64,000 nt of DNA, taken from Bacteroidales bacterium (GTDB lineage: Bacteria > Bacteroidota > Bacteroidia > Bacteroidales > ML635J-15). The position numbers and the translations under genes were made by a program. The notes under the pieces were generated by a model that was not told the DNA's origin, ran no database searches, and saw only the letters and a list, made by a program, of their open reading frames with translations. The stretch is from assembly GCA_027858835.1 (NCBI GenBank), contig JAQIBY010000139.1:611-64610 (forward strand). The letters are read 5' to 3'. Positions 49,415 to 58,109 of this stretch are shown here, piece after piece (the stretch's first letter is position 1; each line of letters begins with the position of its first letter).

Positions 49415-50686
49415 ATGAAATACTTGAAATTTCTTGTGTTGTTAATTTTCTCTTTGCAGTTGATGAGTGTATCTGCTCAAAAGAGTAGTTGGAAAGATAG
49501 TTTGGATATAAACGTTTACGGATATGTGAAGCTCGATGCATTTTATGACACGCGAGAAACGGTAAATGGGAGAGAGGGACACTTTTTACTCTGGCCTGCC
49601 GCTCCGGATTATGATCCTGATGGTGTTGACAGAGCTGCTCACGGGAGTTTTAATATGTTGGCGGTGCAATCAAATTTTGGAATTCGTGTATCAGGTCCCA
49701 GAGTTTTGAAAGCCAAAACAAGTGCAAAAATTGAAGGGGATTTTTTCGGACAAATGAATGATAATATTAATCTGGTACGTTTACGTCATGCCTATTTTCA
49801 GATGCAATGGAAAAGTACTGATTTAATAGTTGGACAATTTTGGAGTCCTGTGTTTAATTTAGGTGCATTCCCAAATACCATTTCTTTTACCACAGGAACA
49901 CCGGTTTTGCCATTTTCCAGAAATCCACAAATACGTGTAATCCAGTACTTAGGGAGTTTTGCCCTGATTGGAGTCATTCAATCTCAGCGAGATTATCCGA
50001 GTTTTGGACCAAATCCTGCAAATCCGATGAGCAGTATCCCAAGTTCTGAATTTTTGAAAAATTCCGGTTTGCCAGAATTTCATGGTAAAATTACGTATGA
50101 TTACAGCACTGACGACATGTTTTTTAAAGCAGGAATTGGTGGAGGATACAAACAAATTGTTCCCTTTACAGAAAGCCCAACCGGTTATGCAACCAATGAA
50201 AAAGTGCCCGGCATTTCTGCCACTGCATATGTGAATTTTGGATTGGCAGGATGGAATCTTAAAGGCGGGATTGTTTACGGACGAAATGCAACAGATGTAA
50301 TGAGTCTCGGTGGATTTGCGGTAAGCAGAATTACAGACAGTTTGCGAGCTTATTATGAATACACCTGTTTAAGTTCTTATTCGGTTTGGATGGATATGAG
50401 TCAAAAAATTGGAGACTGGAATATTGGTGTGTTTGCCGGTAATGTTGAAAATCTTGGAGCAGAGTCTGCCATTGTTGGAAATATTTGGGGGATAGGAAAT
50501 GATATCGGCAGAATGTACCGAGTTGCTCCACGGGTTTCTTGGCAAAACAAAAATTTCCGATTGGCTTTTGAGCTTGAGCATACTGCGGCATCATTTGGCA
50601 GCCCGGATGAAAATGGTATTCCTCAAAATCTTGAAACAGTTGCAAATACTCGATTTTTAATCGGGGCGTATTACTTTTTTAATTAG
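49415..50686 (+). CDS. DcaP-like outer membrane porin
   Basis: Signal peptide, VYGYVKLDAFYD, KIEGDFFG, RLRHAY, GQFWS, RNPQIR, C-terminal YYFFN. Confidence 0.75.
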   Translation: MKYLKFLVLLIFSLQLMSVSAQKSSWKDSLDINVYGYVKLDAFYDTRETVNGREGHFLLWPAAPDYDPDGVDRAAHGSFNMLAVQSNFGIRVSGPRVLKAKTSAKIEGDFFGQMNDNINLVRLRHAYFQMQWKSTDLIVGQFWSPVFNLGAFPNTISFTTGTPVLPFSRNPQIRVIQYLGSFALIGVIQSQRDYPSFGPNPANPMSSIPSSEFLKNSGLPEFHGKITYDYSTDDMFFKAGIGGGYKQIVPFTESPTGYATNEKVPGISATAYVNFGLAGWNLKGGIVYGRNATDVMSLGGFAVSRITDSLRAYYEYTCLSSYSVWMDMSQKIGDWNIGVFAGNVENLGAESAIVGNIWGIGNDIGRMYRVAPRVSWQNKNFRLAFELEHTAASFGSPDENGIPQNLETVANTRFLIGAYYFFN

Positions 50687-50710
50687 TGATTATTGCCAGA
50701 CCCTAAAAAG

Positions 50711-52783
50711 CTATTTTACAAATCGTTTGACGGCAGTCCCTGATTCGGTGACAATTTTAAGCATGAAAATGCCGGTATTTTCTTTTGGAATCAGGTGTGA
50801 GATATCTGTTACGGCAGAATGATTAATTTCAGTTTTATTTAATAATCGTCCCGTCATGTCGTAAAGTTCGAGATACATTTTCCCTGTACGCTCTGATTTA
50901 AGCATAAGTTTTTCATCCATAGGAATCGGGAAAAGGCTGAATTCATCTGACAATTTATTTGTTTCAATGCTGTTGTATGTGTTTATTGAAATATCATCAA
51001 TGTACATTCGGTTTCCGTCTTTGCTGAGAAAATCAAATCGAATTCGCAGGTTATCAGCATGTTTGAATAGTGTTTCATTGATTGGAAATTCTTCGTCTCT
51101 CCATTCCGTGTTTTCAGGAATAAAGCTTGAAAATGAATGATAATTATTGGCAGTATGAAGTGTGTTTCCGGATTTGTAATATTGTATTGTCCATGATTCA
51201 CCGCAATTCTGAGAGACATATGCTTTTAAAACGTCAGTATTGTTTGTTTCTTTTTGAGAATATGCCATTTTAAATTGCAGTTTCATAGGGAAATCTGTAC
51301 TGTCAATAATAATCGCCGGTGTAACAACCGAATTTGCGATGTTGTAAGGTTCATAGCGCGGATCAATCATGAGAGAATGTTGTCCCGAATACCCAGCGAG
51401 ATCTGTATATTGCCATCCTGTTTCTCCATTTTTTATGAAGAAATAATCACTAGACTCGAAATCTGCAGTATTTGGAAAATCCTCAGACTCTAAATCGTCA
51501 TAATATGGTAATGAAAATCCGCTTTCTGCAGAATATACCCGAATTGCTTGTGTAACTGTTTTCTCAGAGTTATCTGTTGGGTTTGTCACTGTTAAGCTGA
51601 CATCGTATATTCCACTTTCTTGGTAACTTACGTTTGGGCTTTTTTCCATGGAGTTGGCCGGTGTTCCACCATCAAATTGCCAGGAATAACTGCTGATTGA
51701 ATCGGTCTGATAAGTTAAGTCTGTATAGTTAACCAGCATTCCTTCACAACCGGAACTAATATTGTAAGAAAAATCTGCAATTGGGGCACAAATCTCTGCC
51801 GTTTCAGGGTTAAGGACGCCGGTTGCAATTAAATTTGATTCTTGCCAAAGCTGATTTCTATCACTGGCTCCTGAGTTAAGAGCGGCGCGCATCATTGCTC
51901 CTTGTCCTAGGGTAAACATTTTGGAACAATAGGCATAGTCCATGTGATTTTGGACATTGTCAAGGCTTCCACAGCTCACATTATACAGATTGCAAGACGT
52001 GTTCCCAATGGTGTTTGGTGTATCATCAATTCCATCATCAATTCCGCAATTGCTACCAATTTCAGGATCATTTGTTGAACCCCATGGGTGAGCAAGGTTT
52101 AGATAGTGCCCGGTTTCGTGTGTTAATGTTCTGGATCGACCCACACTGCCTGTTCCAATGCTCCCAACGTAGGAATGCGTGATTAGGATGCCATCTCGAC
52201 CATCACCGGCGGTTCCAGGGTAATAAGAATATCCGGCAACGCCACCAGGGATTGATCTGACTACCCATATGTTTAAATATTGTGATCTCGGCCACGACGG
52301 TGCAATTTCTTTTATCTGCTCTCCACCATTCGATGTTTCATACGATTGTGTGCGGGTTATACCATTGGAGCAATTTCCCCAAGGATCTTTTTTTGCAAGA
52401 CGAAACTCAATTTGTGCATCGCCTGCAATTGCTTTAAATTCATCAAGGATTTGTGATGTATCCGAATTCATTAGCCGAAAATCTTCAGTCATAATGCGGA
52501 CTCCGTCAGCAACTTGTTCGTAACCAATGTTTTCCGATCCGTAATTATGCACGACATGAAAAACAACAGGGATAATGTAAATCTGGTCTTCGCGAGGATT
52601 GGATTTGATATAATTTTCAACAAATTCTGCGAGTTTTGCTCTTTCCGCACGTGCCCCAGGGTGATTTTCTAAATACTTTCGATTCATTTCAGGTGTTGCA
52701 CATTTAAACGGCTGTTCCTGTGCATCAATATCTGTTGAAAATAACCCAAAAAGAATAAGTAGGCTCAGTATTGTGTGTCTCAT
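50711..52783 (-). CDS. M43 (pappalysin/ulilysin-like) zinc metalloprotease with PKD domain and T9SS CTD
   Basis: Cys-switch KCAT, IPVVFHVVH, YLNIWVV, HETGHYLNLAH, Met-turn NHMDY, FTLGQ; CTD LFPIPM...KRFVK. Confidence 0.93.
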   Translation of the reverse strand: MRHTILSLLILFGLFSTDIDAQEQPFKCATPEMNRKYLENHPGARAERAKLAEFVENYIKSNPREDQIYIIPVVFHVVHNYGSENIGYEQVADGVRIMTEDFRLMNSDTSQILDEFKAIAGDAQIEFRLAKKDPWGNCSNGITRTQSYETSNGGEQIKEIAPSWPRSQYLNIWVVRSIPGGVAGYSYYPGTAGDGRDGILITHSYVGSIGTGSVGRSRTLTHETGHYLNLAHPWGSTNDPEIGSNCGIDDGIDDTPNTIGNTSCNLYNVSCGSLDNVQNHMDYAYCSKMFTLGQGAMMRAALNSGASDRNQLWQESNLIATGVLNPETAEICAPIADFSYNISSGCEGMLVNYTDLTYQTDSISSYSWQFDGGTPANSMEKSPNVSYQESGIYDVSLTVTNPTDNSEKTVTQAIRVYSAESGFSLPYYDDLESEDFPNTADFESSDYFFIKNGETGWQYTDLAGYSGQHSLMIDPRYEPYNIANSVVTPAIIIDSTDFPMKLQFKMAYSQKETNNTDVLKAYVSQNCGESWTIQYYKSGNTLHTANNYHSFSSFIPENTEWRDEEFPINETLFKHADNLRIRFDFLSKDGNRMYIDDISINTYNSIETNKLSDEFSLFPIPMDEKLMLKSERTGKMYLELYDMTGRLLNKTEINHSAVTDISHLIPKENTGIFMLKIVTESGTAVKRFVK

Positions 52784-52870
52784 AGTTATTGTTTTCTAAA
52801 ACAAAGGTAATCAAAAGTTTTTTTTGTTGTAAATAAATTTGAATCGTGTTTGAAATTAATCATGTGAGCA

Positions 52871-53449
52871 TTATTTGGCAATCCTATAGATATGCATATA
52901 GTTTGCTTGATTTATGCTTTTATTTCTAACAAGTTTCCAACCGTTTTTTGATAGGATAGATTGAAGCTTTTCTTCGGATAGCCGCTCATGCATAGGTGGA
53001 CCTCCATTTGTCTCTTTTGCTTCCCATTCCAGAATTCCAATTTCTCCATTTGGTTTTAACACTCGTTTTATTTCGTTGAGATATGTTCTCGGGTTGTCAA
53101 ATTCATGAAAAACAAAAGCCATAAGAATCTTATTAATACTGTTGTCGGGCTGTGGAATTGATATTGCATCGCCATGATATAGCTCGGTTTTTGTTTTATT
53201 ATTTTTGAGCTTCTCTCTCAATTCATCCAGCATGGTTTCGGAGATGTCTAAGGCAATGTTTTTCCGGTTTTTCCCGGAATTTTCTATAGCGGGTAGAAAA
53301 AAGTATCCCGTTCCTGCACCGATATCCAGAAAATCATCGTCCTCTCCAATATTTAGAAAGGAAATTACCGATTCAGGTGGCAGTGTTTTTCGCCTATCTT
53401 CATTATCCAAGACATGCCGTTTATTTGAGTCGAAAATTTTATTCACCAT
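52871..53449 (-). CDS. Class I SAM-dependent methyltransferase
   Basis: FLDIGAGTGYF motif I, LDISETML, VFHE, RVLKPNG. Confidence 0.9.
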   Translation of the reverse strand: MVNKIFDSNKRHVLDNEDRRKTLPPESVISFLNIGEDDDFLDIGAGTGYFFLPAIENSGKNRKNIALDISETMLDELREKLKNNKTKTELYHGDAISIPQPDNSINKILMAFVFHEFDNPRTYLNEIKRVLKPNGEIGILEWEAKETNGGPPMHERLSEEKLQSILSKNGWKLVRNKSINQANYMHIYRIAK

Positions 53450-53590
53450 TGTTTGTTTTAGTAGATAAAGCAAAAAACCTGCAATTTGTTCACCTGATCT
53501 ATACTATTGTTTGGGGAGGTCGGATTTAAACATAGTTGATTTTATGGATGTAAACCGGATATGCCTGAAAAATTTGTATCTTTCGGCAGC

Positions 53591-54748
53591 ATGCGAATTC
53601 TCATGATAAATTATGAATATCCACCCGTTGGAGGTGGTGCAGGTGTGATTGCAAAACACATTGCTGAAGGACTTGTGGGACTTGGCCATGAGGTGCATGT
53701 AATAAGTGTACGCTTTGGTGATTTACCTGACAGCACCGAAGAAAATGGAGTGCAAGTTACAAGACTTAAATCGAAACGGAAATATGCATGTCAATCCAAT
53801 CCACTTGAAATGCTTTCATGGATGCGAATTGCAAAAAAGTTTTTACGCCGACATTTAAAACAGGAATCTTACGATGTTTGTTTTGCGCATTTTGCTTTGC
53901 CCGGCGGAGAAGTGGCTTACAGTATGAATCTTGAGTTTGGATTGCCATATGTTGTTATGTCTCACGGACACGATCTTCCTTGGTTTTTCCCAAAACAGAT
54001 GTGGTTTTATCATACCCTAACGTATTTTTGGATTCGTAAGATTGTGTTGAATTCTAAGGCATTATTTGTGCAATCTGATGTAATGGAAACCAATGCTCGC
54101 TTATTTCTTGGCAAGCAAAAGTCTAAGCTAATTAAACAGATTCCCAATGGTTGGGATGCCGATTTTTATTTTCCGGATTTCAGTAAGAAATCAGACACTT
54201 TTACCTTGCTTTTTCCGGGACGATTAGTGAAACAAAAAGATCCATTTACAGTGTTAAAAGCAGTACAGCGTTTAAATACAGAGATCTCCGATTTGAAACT
54301 TCGGGTTTTAGGTGATGGACCGCTTCGAAAGCCGATGGAAGCTTGGGTAAAATCAAAAAATTTGCAAAATACGGTATGTTTTGAAGGCTGGATGGATAAA
54401 GTGCGAATGCGGGATGCATATCAAACTTGTTCGATGGTTGTTTTGCCTTCGCTGAATGAGGGAATGAGCATGGCAACTCTGGAGGCAATGGCTTGCGGAA
54501 CGTATGTAGTTGTTACAGATGTTAGCAGAAATACATTGTTGGTAAAGCCCGGAGTGAATGGATTGATTATTGGGATGCAGGATGATAAAGCGCTTGCAGA
54601 AGCAATATTGGATTATTATACCGAAAATCATTTAAACGATTATCAGGTGCCTCAATCGTCAATTGACAAATTATCAGAAATTTATTCTTGGGACACTGTT
54701 GTGAAACAATATGACGAAGTGTTGAGTGAGCTAAAGGGGGAAAAGTAG
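53591..54748 (+). CDS. GT4 glycosyltransferase
   Basis: MRILMINYEYPPVGGGAG, GRLVKQKD, PSLNEGMSMATLEAMACG (EX7E). Confidence 0.93.
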   Translation: MRILMINYEYPPVGGGAGVIAKHIAEGLVGLGHEVHVISVRFGDLPDSTEENGVQVTRLKSKRKYACQSNPLEMLSWMRIAKKFLRRHLKQESYDVCFAHFALPGGEVAYSMNLEFGLPYVVMSHGHDLPWFFPKQMWFYHTLTYFWIRKIVLNSKALFVQSDVMETNARLFLGKQKSKLIKQIPNGWDADFYFPDFSKKSDTFTLLFPGRLVKQKDPFTVLKAVQRLNTEISDLKLRVLGDGPLRKPMEAWVKSKNLQNTVCFEGWMDKVRMRDAYQTCSMVVLPSLNEGMSMATLEAMACGTYVVVTDVSRNTLLVKPGVNGLIIGMQDDKALAEAILDYYTENHLNDYQVPQSSIDKLSEIYSWDTVVKQYDEVLSELKGEK

Positions 54749-54775
54749 GTGAAATGGCGTTTAATCTTGCACGCC

Positions 54776-55033
54776 TAGCCGTTTCTAACCGTTAGTAGCG
54801 GCTATGGATTTATTCTGACAGGGCTGTGGGCTTTCTACAAAACATGTAAGTTGGATGAAGTTGTATTATATTAATCAGTCGTTTTTGAATATTAAAAAAA
54901 CCCAAAGTTAGATTAATATTGATTTTCTGAAAATTGTATAATAAAATCATTTAAAATTTCTGGTTTTATTCGTTATTAACCGTTAGTAACGGCTATCATA
55001 CTGATGTTACAAGTATAGAGGCTTTCTACAAAA
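54776..55033. repeat. Two-copy intergenic repeat with palindromic core, 191-bp period
   Basis: TAACCGTTAGTA(G/A)CGGCTAT-23 nt-GGCTTTCTACAAAA at 54786-54842 and 54977-55033. Confidence 0.8.
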
Positions 55034-55144
55034 TAAATTTTGTGTATATGGCATCTGTTTGAAAATGTAAAAAATCAACTACTAAATGGTCATAATATTG
55101 GTTAAAATATAGTTAGTGCGGGCTGTGAGTTTATAGCTTTGAGG

Positions 55145-55179
55145 AAAAAAGCAGAAGCTGAAATTCATAGCTCCTGCTT
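55145..55179 (-). terminator. Terminator of the T9SS cargo pseudogene
   Basis: AAAAAAGCAGAAGCT...AGCTCCTGCTT stem with a minus-strand U tract. Confidence 0.6.
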
Positions 55180-55198
55180 AATTTGTGTGAAACTAAAC

Positions 55199-56742
55199 CT
55201 ACATATTAGACACTTTTAGCACCTGAGTTTTATTGTCACATTTAAACTTAACTAGATGAACGCCGGATGCATTTATTTGTAGTTTTATGCGTGTATTGTT
55301 TGTTGCCTTGTCTTTTTTCTGAACGGAAATTCCTTGGATATTAAAGATACTAAGTTCACTAATTTTACAAGCATTTGGATTGTTGAGATAGTATTGTCCT
55401 TTTTCTTTTGTGATGCTTATTTTTTCGTGTTTAGATTGATTTATTCCGATGAAATCCCCTGTTGTAAAGCTTTGGATGTTGCATGTTTTCGCACTGAAAT
55501 CTCCATAATATGGTGTGACAGTCCAAAAATATGTTGTATTCGGATTCAAATCTGCAAAGGTGTAATCTCCGGTATTGCCTACAAATTCCACAAAATGATT
55601 TATTGGAGGGTTATCTGTTCCTATGCTTAGCTGATAGCTATTCGCTAATTCATCGGTTTCCCAAACCAACAGTGCTTCATTATGATTCACGTTTGTTGCT
55701 TAATGTGCAGGAGAATTCATGCTTACACATTGCAAGGGATTTTCTGTCCACGGAAGCCCAAGATTGTCCATATAATGATTGCTTGTCCAAAATGATGTTG
55801 AGTTGCTGTGGACTGCAATGCGAATTACCTGTCCGGCATAATCCGATAAATCGTAATTGAAGGCTATCCATTTTCCGAGCAAATAATAAGTTGGGACTAA
55901 AACTTCGGTGAAATCTGCAGTATTTGTCCTGCTATGCTGTTTTCAGTTCCATATTTTACCTCCAATCGCTCATAAGCACCTTGGGCAAGTGCATTATAGT
56001 AGAAAGAAATTTTGTACAAATTGTCATTATTCATTGGCAATGCCGGTGAAATAAAGTAGCTGTCTTTTGGGTCAGTAACATTAAGCGAAATCGAAAAAAA
56101 TCCATTGCTTCCGGCATTTCCATTTCTGGCATCTGTATATCCTGTATGCCATTCATTTGATTCGGTTGTGGTACTTCCGTTTAATACTGTCCATCCACCG
56201 GGAAGTACAGCATTCGGATTCTCAAAATCAACGGCATAGGGATATAAATCAGCTTGTGTGGTAAAAGAAAAAATATCACATCCTGAGCTTTGTCCAAGTG
56301 AGTTTTCTGCAATGATTTGCCAATAGTAGGTTTCGTTCGGATTTAATTGTGCTGTCAGTGAATAAATGCTGTCAAGTCCGGTAGAAACAGAATCCAATAG
56401 GTTGCTTGGGGGATAATTTGTGCCGAGACAGATTTTGTAATTCGCTGATAAATTGCTTTGTGTCCATTGAAAATACGGATATAAGCCCACTTCTGTGGCA
56501 TTATCCTGAGGATAGTTTAAGCTTACACAATCCGGTGTGCTAATAGGTTCTGTTTGTCCTTTTGCAACGCCTGATAAAGAAGACACTGTGGCAGTATATG
56601 TCCAGCCCTGATTTCCGAGATTTCCCGACCATTCAGATGGAATTTTAGTGTCAAATCCCTCATTAATTTTCCATTGTGCAGAACTTTCTAAACTCAAAAT
56701 GCCGAATAACACAGCAAATAGAAACCAATAAATACTTTTCAT
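55199..56742 (-). pseudogene. Disrupted T9SS cargo gene (cleaved-adhesin-like and FN3-like domains)
   Basis: Three ORF pieces join into one protein: signal peptide at 56742, frameshift near 55925, in-frame TAA at 55700-55702, CTD-like end (SIFNIQG...QVLKV). Confidence 0.8.
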
Positions 56743-56900
56743 GTTTTTTTCTATTGTAAAAGTACTTTATAACGCTGTCTAATTGTGATTTTTTTTAATT
56801 GAACACGTACAGATTTCTATTTTAGTACAAGCTTAATGTGATTTTCATATCTCGGAGAAAATCTTACAACTTAAATGATAAATTTACGGAATGCTGTGTG

Positions 56901-57707
56901 TTATAAGTATTTATTGAATACATAACCAAGTAAGCTGGTGCGGTACAAATAGTGCAATTTTCTATTTGATTTAGCTTTTTTGTGAAGGATATCGTAGGTT
57001 TCCAAAAAGTTGCTTAATAAGGAATTATTAATAACACGAAGTTTGGATATTTTATTTCTGCGCCATTCTTCATTAACCCAATGAATCATATGCCATTCTG
57101 AAGGAATCTCCGGATTTGAAACAAGAAATTTTCTGATTAAATTCCAGCTGTCAGGGTTTGTAAATTCTCTCACATATTTTATCAATCCAAATTTTTCTAC
57201 ATTATCTGCCAGAATTTGGATTGGCAAATGCCAATCGCTGTTGTTTTCGTTAATTTTAGCATGTGCTTCTTCATAACATGCTTTCATTAAGTCTGATTTT
57301 GGCGGAACTTTCATGATATTTCCCACCAAAGGCAGGCTATGATGTGTCCTGAAAACATATTCATCCTCAAAATCAGGAGTTTTCAGGCAGGTGACATCCA
57401 TGTCTGTCCACCAACCACCATGTTCATACAATAATTTGTAGCGAAAAACATCAGAGAACCCTGCATAAGAGCCTTTCCCATGTCCGAATTGGTTTTTATA
57501 TTTATATTTAAAAACTTCATGTCGAGGAATGATTTCAGAGGCATTTTCAATAATCACTTTCTTAGGAATTTCAGTAACCAACGGATTATACAGCCACAAG
57601 TGGAATTCAAAGCCGTGGGCGATAAACGACTTGATTGTTAGCAATTCCACAAATGAAAGCTGATTACCAATCCAAAGGGCATGAATATGTTGCTTGTCTT
57701 TTGCCAC
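56901..57707 (-). CDS. DXD-motif glycosyltransferase (GT32/Gly_transf_sug-like)
   Basis: IHALWIG, FSDVFRYKLLYEHGGWWTDMDV. Confidence 0.88.
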   Translation of the reverse strand: MAKDKQHIHALWIGNQLSFVELLTIKSFIAHGFEFHLWLYNPLVTEIPKKVIIENASEIIPRHEVFKYKYKNQFGHGKGSYAGFSDVFRYKLLYEHGGWWTDMDVTCLKTPDFEDEYVFRTHHSLPLVGNIMKVPPKSDLMKACYEEAHAKINENNSDWHLPIQILADNVEKFGLIKYVREFTNPDSWNLIRKFLVSNPEIPSEWHMIHWVNEEWRRNKISKLRVINNSLLSNFLETYDILHKKAKSNRKLHYLYRTSLLGYVFNKYL

Positions 57708-58109
57708 AGGGTAAAGTTACAAAAGCTTTGGCAGATTGCAAGCTAAAAATTAATGCAGTTTTAAACTAAAGAGTATTGTTTAAATGATTGTTTTTTCAAA
57801 TGAATGGTGGGAATATTTAATAAATCCTAGTATTTGCAGTGTTAATCCTAAAAAAAGGACCAATTCCCCAACATTTATAGTTGCCAATGATTTTTATAAG
57901 AGATTGTTTTGGTATTCGTTTCATATTGGCTGGCTATTAAATTGTTGGGACGTTAATTTAATGCTGTAAATATAATAAATTGTTTTAAGATGATTTCCTT
58001 CAGAAATTGGATGTGAAACCTTTCTAAAATTGGAATAATCTATTTTGAGATTTAGTAATATTTAAGTCAAAATTAGTTGCTTCATAATTTTATTATCGAA
58101 ATCTTCGAA

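Noticed and set aside
889-54631. Numerous 60-140 aa ORFs overlapping or antisense to long genes
   Set aside because: They lie within well-supported CDSs and show no recognisable motifs.
54776-55033. CRISPR array or integron attC sites
   Set aside because: Only two units with a 191-bp period, no cas or integrase genes, and the TAAC/GTTAG boxes are adjacent instead of bounding a 57-141 bp attC.
55700-55702. Programmed stop-codon readthrough or recoding
   Set aside because: TAA is a normal stop throughout the window and the same gene also has a frameshift; decay is simpler.
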